Shown piece after piece: positions 53,211-64,000 of a stretch of DNA of 64,000 nucleotides. Where the stretch lies: positions 31,066,135 to 31,130,134 of the forward strand of contig CM119264.1 in assembly GCA_051294375.1 (NCBI GenBank). Reading direction: 5' to 3'. Numbering within the stretch: position 1 is the first letter of the stretch; each line of letters opens with the position of its first letter. Below the pieces are notes generated by a model, which ran no database searches, was not told where the DNA came from, and saw only the letters and a program-made list of their open reading frames with translations. The translations under genes and the position numbers were made by a program. This DNA is from Paraspadella gotoi. Its lineage: Eukaryota; Animalia; Chaetognatha.

Positions 53211-54969
53211 TCCCCTCTCCCTCTCCCTCTCCAATCAGAATTCGACGGCACTACAGTTCTCTGTCGCGTTTGTGGAGACAAAGCGAGTGGATTTTCACTA
53301 CGGGGTTCATTCTTGTGAGGGATGCAAGGTAAGAGTTGTTGTTGTTGTCATTGTTGTTGTTATTTTTGTTTTCGCTTCAATTTCTTTGTTAAAATTTTAA
53401 TGGCATATTTTTAGTGATGGAGACAATCCCCTCTAACTTTTAGGATTTAATCTTAAGCAAATTATTTTTAAAATTCAACGAACGAAATTTGAAATTCAGA
53501 CGTAGCTCTTCTTCTCTTTTTTCATTCTCTTCTCTTACGCTTTTCTTTTTCCTCCTTCTCTCTTCTCCTCTCTCCCTTTCTTCCTCCTCTTCCCCCCTCT
53601 CCCTTCTCCCTTCCCCTCTCTTCCTACTTCGCCCACTCAACAGGGCTTCTTCCGTCGGAGCATTCAGCAAAAGATCCAATACCGACCATGCACCAAGAAT
53701 CACAGTGGTTCAGTATTGAGAAACAATCGCAACAGATGTCAATACTGCAGACTCAAGAAAATGCATCTTCCGTAGGAATGTCCAGGGTGGTGAGTGTAGA
53801 CTGGGAGCTCAGGGGTCAGCTAAGGGGTCAGCTAAGGGGTCAGCTCAGGGGTCAGCTATTGAGTGCAGGCTTGAGGGAATTGGCAAATAGTAGTATGATG
53901 CTAGTACGGAGTACATTATTTAATTTATAATACGATACTTATGTTAAAAAGTGGTTCTTTATATAGTATTTAAAAAAGTTCTTAAAATTATACCACTTAA
54001 TTGATAAGGAAGCATGGTTAATATACTAGTCTGTGAGAGAGTCTTGTTAAAGCTTGTATGGTCTTACCAATGTTATTATATTGTGATGAGTGATGAAGGC
54101 CTTAACTCAGGGGCAAGATAGCTTATCTTTTAAAAATGAATGAATGATTTTTATAATGGTGGTTGTACAATTTCATATATTATAATTTCTATTATAACTT
54201 GACCTTTCTCTCTCCTTCCTTTTGCCCCCTTCAACATTTTGATCACTTCCCCTCTTCCCCCTTCACCCTCTTTCCCCTCTTCCCCCTTCCCCTCTCCCCT
54301 GTTCCCCACTCCCTTTTCCCTCTTCCCCCTCTCCCTTCCCCTTCCCCTTCTTCACTGTTCCCATTCCTTCCCCTCCCCTTCTCCCCCCCAAGCCGTCCGC
54401 TTCGGTCGAGTCCCCAAAAGAGAAAAAGCGCGAATCATCGCTGAGATGAATCGAGTCAACGCCAATTGTCAGAGCAGCGCGATGACCGCTTGCTTGCAGG
54501 TTGATATCAATCACTATCAATCAATCAATGATACATTCAATCAATCAATCGATCAGTCCATCTTAATCAATTCGTAAACCATTTAACCAATCAATGATTC
54601 CAATCAAAAATCCACAGATCCATTCAATGATTAAAAAAATATTACATAATCATCAATCAAGCAATAATTCAATCATTAGATCAATCAAATGAAAATTAGA
54701 ACTGTCCATCAATGAATCCCACGCTTCATTATAAGTTATTAATCAAAGAAGCAATAAATCAATTAACCAATCAATCAATCATTTAAATTAGTCCATAATC
54801 GATCCAATCAATCAATCAATGCCAATAAATCAATAAACAGGACGAGTCGCAAATCATAGAGAAGATCGTCTCATCTCACCTGGAAACTTCGGCCTTCACT
54901 CGCGACGACTTCTGCTCTCTTCGAGTCCGCGCGGGCGACGCCCTCTTCGCCCGCTGCCCGCCCAACATG
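52769..54969 (+). CDS. E75: E75/Rev-erb (NR1D) nuclear receptor, 5' part (DBD, hinge, start of LBD); this copy has indels
   Basis: Exons ~52769-52934 (tentative), 53239-53328, 53644-53789, 54393-54499, 54841-54969. After correcting indels with copy 2: [30 protein letters not shown]|[36 protein letters not shown]|AVRFGRVPKREKARIIAEM..|DESQIIEKIVSSHLETS..ARCPPNM, which is essentially the E75 DBD/T-box sequence. Confidence 0.9.
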
Positions 54970-55141
54970 GTGAGTGGTTGGGGGAGGTGAGGACCTAAGA
55001 AGGCCTTAGGGTCAGGCTGGGTCGGGGCTTATTGGGGAAAGGTTGGAGGGGGAAAGATTGGGCTGAAGCTGATTGATATTTGGTGAGCTTGGGCAAAGCT
55101 TAAAATAGGAATTAAATTCAAAAATTCGTTAAAAAACGTTT

Positions 55142-55300
55142 GAGGTAGAAAAAATAAAAATTGAATTATTGGAGACATAAAACGAGTTTGATTTGAAGAA
55201 ACATTAAATTCGGAATTTAATATTTTTTAAATAAAACTTGTTGCATGTCAACAAATAATTCATTTCTACCTCAAACATTTAACGCAACGAAATAAAGGAA
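55142..55300. mobile_element. Centrally deleted member of the 22052 foldback family
   Basis: tgaggtagaaa...tttctacctca inverted ends plus tail aacgcaacgaaataaagga; no hammerhead core remains. Confidence 0.6.
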
Positions 55301-55670
55301 ACAAATAATGTCTAAAATATATTCTAAATCTATAAAGAAAACCAAACCAAAAAAATTTAGACATTACTTAAACTACTACAATATGCAAATGAGATTAAGG
55401 TATTAATCTTAATTTGAATCAGTTTCTCTGCTTGAGTATTGGACGGAGTTGAAATGAGGTTAAAAATGGGGAAGAGAGAGAAAGTGAGTAAAAGTTAAGG
55501 TAAGGTAGGGAAGGTTCATCCACCGAATGAACTTGTCATGAAACTTGGAACCCAGAATGCAATGGGATTCTTGTCGTCGTCGTTGTTTGTCGTTGTCGTC
55601 GTCGTCCTTATCATCGATCTGCATCCCGCCTTTCGTGATTCTGATTCCCACGAAATCCCAAAATCCTGTA

Positions 55671-55729
<59 letters not shown>

Positions 55730-55820
55730 GGGAATTCCTATGTTTGACAAGGTTACTCGGGCATTGCACCCTCACCTACATTTTACTTCCCTTCCGAACA
55801 TCAAGTTTCAGGGTCAGCAG

Positions 55821-55887
<67 letters not shown>

Positions 55888-56433
55888 TTGGATTAACGAA
55901 GTTTTGTCTTTGGAGGTTGAGAGCTAAAATCGATTTTGGGGTTTGAAAACCTTTTGACTGAAGAATGTAAATAAATGTAGAAAATGTAAATAAATGTAAG
56001 AAAATGTAAATAAATGTAGGAAAATGTAAGTAAAATGTAAGAGAATGTAACTAAATGTGAGGATGAAAAAAAAAAGGGAAATGTGAATGATTGTAAAGAG
56101 AATATTCATAAATCTAAGATAATATAATGTTAATATTTATAAGATGTTTTCAGAATATTTTCAGAATGCATGAAAGAAGATTTTAAAATAATTATATTTA
56201 AGAATTTGAAGCAGATCCTACTGTATCATAGCAAAATAAAGTCTATAATAAATTTGTTAGATATTCGCTGATTGGATGAACGAACCCACTGTAAATTAAC
56301 AACTTTTAAATTACAGTGTAATTTTTTAACCATAGGATTTTTAAAAATTGCGCTAATACAAATTCAACCTAATTTATAAATAATCTAGATATAAGGGTTA
56401 AGTTTTACATTTGTCCGACGTTAAATAATCGGT

Positions 56434-56523
56434 GGTTTGCCATTAAATGCGGAGTCGGTTTGCCTATTAAATGCGGAGGCCGGTTTGCCAGTTAAATGCG
56501 GAGCCGTTTGCCATTAAATGCGG
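56434..56523. repeat. ~22-23-bp tandem repeat, 4 copies
   Basis: Units of ggtttgccattaaatgcggag. Confidence 0.8.
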
Positions 56524-57296
56524 TCAAGGCCCACAGCCTCGGAGCGACTCTATTCTTAATTAGGTTTAATAAAGCGATTTCGTTGTCGTCGTTCAGGGTT
56601 AAATTTTAAGAGGAGGAGGGGGAGGAGGAGGAGTAAGAAGGGAGAAAGAGGAGATAAAGAGAGAAAAGAAATAAGTAAAAGTAGGAGATGATTAGGAGAA
56701 AGAGGGAGAAAAGTGTAATAAAGAAAATAAAAGAGGAAAATAGAGAAGAAAAAGAAATAAAAAGAAGCAGAAAAGAAGGGAGACATAAGGAGAGAAATAG
56801 AAAGAAGAAGGAGCAAAGAGAAAAAAAAAAGAAGGAGACAGAAGAAGAAGAAAGTTGTGACAAGATCGAGTTTTGAAAAACTGAAAACTAAAAACCCTGA
56901 ACTCGAATCGAAAATTAAAGTAAGTCAGTCACCTTTGGCCCCGTTCCTGATTCGGGACCAATGCTCTCTCTCTCTCTCTCCTCTCTATCTCTCGCTCTCT
57001 CTCTCTCTCTCTTCTCTCCTCTCTCTCTCTCTCTTTCTCTCTCTCTGTCGTTAAACTCTTATCTAAACCCTAAAAACATGAAATTTAAAAGTCAAATTTC
57101 GATTCAATTCGCAATTATCCTCGTCTTCGTCTTCGTCGTCGTCGTCGTCCTCATCGTCGTCGTCGTCTTCATCGTCGTCGTCGTTCGTCGTCGCTATTTA
57201 TTGTATTCATTGTAAATCGAATGTGGAGTAAAAATCTGCGGTGGGTTTCCTTTCGAACGACCGGTTTTTCGAGAGGGTTCAAGGATGTGTTCTCAA

Positions 57297-57357
<61 letters not shown>

Positions 57358-58271
57358 ATGACTTAGACTTAGATGAAAAAACTTTGAGGGTTAAAAAAGA
57401 AAAAAAAAAGATTAAAAAATATCACACAAAAGAAAATCTGTATTTTGTGTAATTTCCTTATCACAGAATTTCAGTCATTACTTATCTTGTTCTAACAAGA
57501 TCTCACACAAAATAATAATTTTCTTTTTTACAGACGGCAATCGACTGTAGATAGCTTTGATTAGTAAAGCGAATCCGCTGTAGAGAAGGAAGTCTCTTTG
57601 CTGGTTTCCCCTGTACACGCGAGGTCATCGAAATCCTTCTACGACTTTTCTTTCTTCCATTTTTCTTATTTTTCTGTTTCTTTTCTTTAATTATTATTTT
57701 TTTTCACCTTTTTTTGTTGCATTATGATCATTTTTTTTTCGTTGTGTTTTGACATTTAGTAAAAAAGGTTTCTACAATGATTTTATTTTTAAATTTTTGT
57801 TAAATTTTGTTTTTTTTATAATTTAAATTTAAGAATGGTTAGGAACATAAAAGAGAATAAAACATGATCCGTTCGTCCAATGTGTTGCGCCGCCAGTGAT
57901 TTTGTTTTAACGTGTATTTCCCTGTGATCACATGACTAAATAACATGATATGACTACATGACTACAATAACTTTCTTAGCCTGTGTATTTTATGACACGC
58001 ACTGCATCGAAAATTCCGTCTTTTATTCCTTATAGTTTTAGGATTTCGGGGCGCAACTAAAAAGAGGAAAATTGTCCTTATGTCCGTCTGTAATATTTGA
58101 GTCTGTCCGTCACTCAATCCTTATATCTCGCAGTCCGTCTCTCTTCCATCCATCAGTCTGTCTGTCCGTTTGCCCCAGAAATTCGCCGCAAATCCTCGCA
58201 AATCTTTGTCGGTTGATTTCGCAGTGGAATTCGCGATTACGAGGCGGTCTCTTTCTCTCTTCTCTCTCTCT

Positions 58272-58312
<41 letters not shown>

Positions 58313-61300
58313 GCTTTCTCCTCTCTCCTCTCTGTCTCGTTCTGTCTCGTTGAATCGTCGGCCGACGCAAAGAGAGACGCGCACCACTTCCGGTCAATGT
58401 AGGTCGTCGTCGTCGTTCGTCATCGTCGCCGTCGTCATTTTGGGTCAAAATCTATTCTTCTTCGTCTCTGTGACTTTTGTGTCTCACAAAGCGACGCGTT
58501 TTCCTCATTTTGTGACCACAGAAAAGGACCACAACTGCAAAAATAAATTGTATCCAACAACCACGAGAGGAACCACGACTGAAACATCCACAACAAGAAC
58601 AATAATAAGACTGAAACAATAACCATGAGGAGAACAACAACAGACAAGAACAATCTTTCTCTTTTCTTTTTTCTTTTCTCTCTTTCTTGAAAAGACCGCG
58701 TGTCGGTCGGTCAGTCATATCGGGTTGTCTGTCTTTGGTACGTCCAAATTAAGTTATTATATAAGTTATAATAATATTTCATCAATTAAGCGTACGTTGG
58801 GTAGAAAAGGTTATGTAATGTGGATCCAAAGACACGTAAAGACAAGGAAATACATGTGAAAGAAAGTCTCTACGACGCAAAGTCACTTTTCATTTGTGGC
58901 GATAAATTATTTGGGACAAATGTGTCTTTCCCTTTGAAGATTTTAAATTTGGGGAGCATGTAAGGGAGAGAGAGAGAGAGGAGAGAGAGAGAGGAGAGAA
59001 AGAGAGAGAAAGAGAGAGGTTATCCATCTCCTTCCCCCGCCAGGCTTTAACCCAGAAGATCGAAAAACAATGACCTACATCAAGCGACGACATTGAAGAC
59101 GACGACGATGAGACGACGACGACATGAGACGACGACGATGACGACGGCGAGAACGACGACGACGATGGACTAGATGTAAGACGACGACGACTGAATGGAT
59201 GACGACGAGACACGACGACGACGATGACTACGATGAAGACGGACGAACGAAAGATGACACGACGACGTCGACGATGAAGACACGACGAAATGAAGACGAG
59301 GACGACGACGACGACGATGATGATACGATGAAGACGACGATGATGCTGACGACGATGAAGATGACGACGATGAAGATGACGGATGAAAAGACGACGACGT
59401 GACGTATGATGACGACGACGATGAAGACGACGACGACGAACGACGACGACGACGTGACTGCGACCCAAAACTGAAAACCTTTGGAGACTAAATCTCAAGA
59501 ATCGATATGCAGGATATGGACCTGATGGTGAAAAAACAACGACAACACGACAACATTAATAATAATGATACATCAACAAATACAACTTTACGGCTAATAG
59601 GAACTAATTAGAACATAATAATAGAGAAATGACTCTTTATACAAATTTAAAACATTTTTTTTTGAAATGATATACTACTTCATTAATAAAAAATCTAAAA
59701 GCGTAGTTTTCTCGCCAGTTTTTAGAAGAGAAAAAATAATCAAGAGCAGATTAGAGAGAGATAGAGAGGAGAGAGAGAGAAAGAAATGAAAAGCAAAAAA
59801 AGGAGAGGTTAGGATATTAGGTCACTCTCGTTTATATCGGTTATCCGATGCCCGCAACGGCGGCGTAATCTCAGGTCAATTGATATTTTTAATGCACGTA
59901 CGTTTTTCGCCGTGTGCCATTCTAACATCTAAGTCAAGTTGATTTTTGTCATTTTGTTTTACATCCAACGCCTCGCAGTCTTGAATTGGGTCAATGTTAA
60001 TTTTTTTTAGTACGACATTTCCGTTGCATTGATAAACACGTTGATTAGGGTCATGGTTCCTACAACATTGTTTACTCCGCACGAATCCAGGTCAAGAAAA
60101 AGAGCGGCGAATAATTGCATAATAAAAGTTTTTAGAAGGAAAAAAAAATAATCAGGAGAGAGGAGAGAGAGAGAGAGGAAGCTGGAAGAGCCCGCTGGAC
60201 CGCCGTGCAGAGCTTGGAACCGTTCGACGAAATCTGAATAGGGTCGAACTCCTTTCCTTTCTATAAATAGAATATTAATTGAAAAATTAAAAATAAATAT
60301 TGGGTATAGGAGCCATATAGAAAAATATTTGGAGCATTGAAGTATACTTTAAAAATGTAAAATGTTTTGTTTGAGACGTGTTCTCATTCTAAATTTTTTG
60401 AACTCTGCCATGAGAGGGGGCTAGCCCCTATTCAGAAGAAAAAAAAAGGGAGAGAGTAGAGCGACATATTAAAAGAGAGAGAGAAGAAGATGAGAGGAAG
60501 CCTGACAGCCGCTGGACAAGCCGCTGGACAAGCCGCTGCAGAGGTTTTTACACGAGTATCAGAAGCAGCAGTGACGGAGAAAAAGAAGAGAGGCGAGCGA
60601 CATATAATTAAAAAGGAGAGCAGAAGTGCAACAGCCACTTTACTCGTCCAAAGTACCAAAGTACCAAGTTACGAAGCGCCGGAAGTAGCGCGAGCTCCTC
60701 CTAACCCGAAAGGACTGCGGTTCGCCGCCTTGCAGATTCAAACCAAAGGAAAGTGAAAAAAAAAGTGAAAGTAAAGGAGAACGGACGGTGGAACTGCTTC
60801 GCGGGCATCGTCTTTACATTGGGTGCCCAAATATATGAAAAAATTTTTGGTAAAAAAAAAAAAAGAGAGAGAGGAGAGAAAAAAAAAGAGAGACGAGAGA
60901 AAAAGGAAGCTGGACAGACGCTGCAGAGCCGGAACTCGTTTTTAGAACAAATCAGAAGAGCAAGTGACGGAGGAAAGAGAGAGAGAGAGAGCGACATTAA
61001 TTAAAAAAATAGAGAGAGAGAGCGACATATAATAAACGTTTTTGTTATTTAAATAAAAATAAACAAATACGGTACTGATATGAAATATGACAATTTCAAG
61101 ATCTTGATAATTAGAAGCCATATCTAAATTGTTCAACTTCCTATGATATCCCACACTTTCAATAGCCATGATGGTAAAAAAGCGTGACGCCGACGACGAC
61201 GACGACGTCACAAAGAAGCCTTGGTGTTAAGAAACGAGGACTGTGGAGAGTCTTGATTTGAAGCTTGCAGGGACTGCTATGCATTATCTTGTAAGAGTGA

Positions 61301-61800
61301 TGGAGGCCTTAAACCACCAAGCCTGGTCAAAGGTCAGGGGCAAGATAGCTTGTTATTAAATGAATGGATATTTTTTTCTTAATTAAAACTTTTGCTTTCA
61401 GATTTTAAATCAAAACTAAGCTTGAAATGCAGTCATATTTACCAAGGTCTCTTTCCCTCTCTCTTTACCGTCTCTCTCTCTCTCCTCCCTCTCTCTCTCT
61501 TTCTCTCTCTGCTCTCACTCTCTCTCTTTCTCTCTTTTCTCTCTCTCTCCCCATCGCTCTCTTGCCCCTTGATTCCGAAACAGACGACCTCAAAGTCTCA
61601 AAATCTTTTTACAACAACAACAACGACAACAACAACAACAACATTTAAGACCATTTGCGTAAATGAGTTTCTCTGCTTTTATGTTTGTGAACGAATCACG
61701 TGGACACGTCGATTGTGAAAATCACAAAGTCAACGAGAAAATCTGGAGAAAATCCTTCGGTGATCGGATTAAAAAAAATGCCGAGAGACCCCATGGCTTC

Positions 61801-61847
<47 letters not shown>

Positions 61848-62181
61848 TCCTCTCTCTGCTCTCTCTCTCTCATTAGTTTTCTCGAGCTTAAGTTTATTGT
61901 TGTTAAGAAGATAAACTCCTCTTAATTATCTCGCGGTCGATGCCTACGCATCTGGTTGCACCTGATCTGCACCTGATCTGCACCCGATCACGCGCGAGCG
62001 CGGCCTTTAACGCGCCGTTTCGTGAATTCGTTTATAAACGACGTCGTCGCCGGTTTATCTCACTTTCACGGAATCACGCTGTAGAAGTAAAAAATCTCGA
62101 AACTCAACAATATAACAAAAAAAGTTTCACTAACTTTTAATAATCAAGTCAAATCAAATCAAATCATATCGCGCTATTATC

Positions 62182-62560
62182 ATGGAAGAAATAATATCAT
62201 CGTCCATCTCTTCCTCCTCCTCCTCCTCATCTTCCTCCTCCTCCTCTTCTTCTTCCTCGGAAATCGTTTTAAAGCGAAAATCCTGTACTCGATTCTTGAT
62301 GAAATTCGTGGATTTTGATGGAATTAAATCTGTCGTTAAATTCGTGGGTAACTGTATATTTGTGTATAATTGTTTAACCTGTTGTTTTATGTTTAACTTA
62401 ATTAATTATTCGTTGTTTTTTACGTTTTAGTTATTTTTTCTGTTAAGAAAGAAAAAAATGCGAAACCAGTTTGAGAAAAAAGGAAAAATAGAAAATTAGA
62501 TCGACGTTTTCGTCTTAATATTTATTATTTTCTACTTTTAAAATGTATTTTTTCATCTTG

Positions 62561-62625
<65 letters not shown>

Positions 62626-63204
62626 TCCCTCTCCCTCTCCCTCCCTCCAATCAGAATTCGACGGCACGACAGTTCTCTGTCGCGTTTGTGGAGACAAAGC
62701 GAGTGGATTTCACTACGGGGTTCATTCTTGTGAGGGATGCAAGGTAAAGTTGTTGTTGTTGTCATTGTTGTTGTTATTTTTGTTTTCGCTTCAATTTCTT
62801 TGTTAAATTTTAATGGCATATTTTTAGTGATGGAGACAATCCCCCTCTAACTTTTAGGATTTAATCTTAAAGCAAATTATTTTTAAAATTCAACGAACGA
62901 ATTTGAAAATTCAGACGTAGCTCTTCTTCTCTTTTTTCATTCTCTTGTCTTACGCTTTTCTTTTCCTCCTTCTCTCTTCTCCTCTCTCCCTTTCTTCTCT
63001 CCTCTTCCCCCCTCTCCCTTCTCCCTTCCCTCTCTCTTCCTACTCTCCCCACTCAACAGGGCTTCTTCCGTCGGAGCATTCAGCAAAAGATCCAATACCG
63101 TCCATGCACCAAGAATCAACAGTGTTCAGTATTGAGAAACAATCGCAACAGATGTCAATACTGCAGACTCAAGAAATGCATCTCCGTAGGAATGTCCAGG
63201 GATG
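62182..63204 (+). CDS. E75: Second copy of the E75 5' exons with intact reading frame
   Basis: Exons 62182-62347 (tentative first exon), 62655-62743 and 63060-63204 give ...VKFV|[30 protein letters not shown]|[48 protein letters not shown]; part of block 61564-63635, which duplicates 52141-54165. Confidence 0.88.
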
Positions 63205-63661
63205 GTGAGTGTAGACTGGGANNNNNNNNNNNNNNNNNNNNNNNNNNNNNNNNNNNNNNNNNNNNNNNNNNNNNNNNNNNNNNNAGCTAAGGGGTCAGCT
63301 AAGGGGTCAGCTAAGGGGTCAGCTATTGAGCGGCAGAAGGTTGACGGAAATTGGCAAATAGTAGTATGATGCTAGTGCGGAGTACAATAATTTAATAATA
63401 ATACGTACTTATGTTAAAAAGTGGTTCTTTTATAGTATTTAAAAAAGTTCTTAAAAATATTATACCACTTAATTGATAAGGAAGCATGGTTAATATACTA
63501 GTCTGTGAGAGAGTCTTGATTAAAAGCTTGTATGGTCTTACTATGTTATTATATTGTATGAGTGATGAAGGCCTTAACTCAGGGGCAAGATAGCTTATTC
63601 TTTAAATGAATGAATGATTTTTATAATGGTTGTACCNNNNNNNNNNNNNNNNNNNNNNNNN

Positions 63662-64000
63662 TGGGACTCGACCGAAGCGGACGGTTGGGGGGAGAAGGGG
63701 AGGGGAAGGAATGGAACAGTGAAGAGGGGAAGGGGAAGGGAGAGGGGAAGAGGGAAGGGAGTGGGGAACAGGGGAGAGGAAGGGGAAGAGGGGAAGAGGG
63801 GAAGGGGGAAGAGGGGAAGTGATCAAAATGTGAAGGGGGCAAAAGGAAGGGAGAGAAATGGTCAAGTTATAAGAGAAATTATAAATATGAAATGTGTACA
63901 ACCACATTATAAAAATCATTCATTCATTTAAAAGATAAGCTATCTTGCCCCTGAGTTAAGGCCTTCATCACTCATCACAATATAATAACATTGGTAAGAC
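63662..64000 (-). repeat. Inverted copy of the E75 intron and exon start (equivalent to ~54060-54414) after an N gap
   Basis: Reverse complement reads ...ccgtccgcttcggtcgagtccc (VRFGRVP) and overlaps the sequence just left of the gap; probably a mis-oriented contig. Confidence 0.8.

Noticed and set aside
58890-59498. 202-aa minus-strand ORF and Asp/Thr-rich plus-strand ORF
   Set aside because: Degenerate (GAC/GAT)n trinucleotide repeat with no domain signal.

Overview
AT-rich, microsatellite-dense genomic DNA from an invertebrate animal (probably a protostome), not a prokaryote; most ORFs in the supplied track are low-complexity noise. Splicing exons by hand gives three + strand intron-containing genes. 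(1) A divergent thyroid-hormone-receptor-like nuclear receptor (NR1A, ~1960-9039) with an internal frameshift, a degenerate ligand-binding domain and a long repeat-bearing C-terminal tail. (2) A slingshot (SSH) cofilin phosphatase (~31267-42172), repeated as an indel-riddled copy (~44426-51609). (3) The 5' part of an E75/Rev-erb (NR1D) nuclear receptor, also present twice (52769-54969 and 62182-63204). The duplicated blocks abut N gaps and differ mainly by small indels, so they are most likely long-read gap-fill artefacts. Non-coding DNA holds nested MITEs, a Helentron/HINE-like element carrying a 35-bp satellite, tRNA-headed SINE-like elements, and a family of foldback elements with minimal type I hammerhead ribozyme cores (Penelope-like). 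Highlights: the hammerhead foldback family, TR-E75/Rev-erb linkage, an excess of AAG splice acceptors, and an RFX X-box/CCAAT cluster at slingshot. All calls were made by eye; no database search was run.
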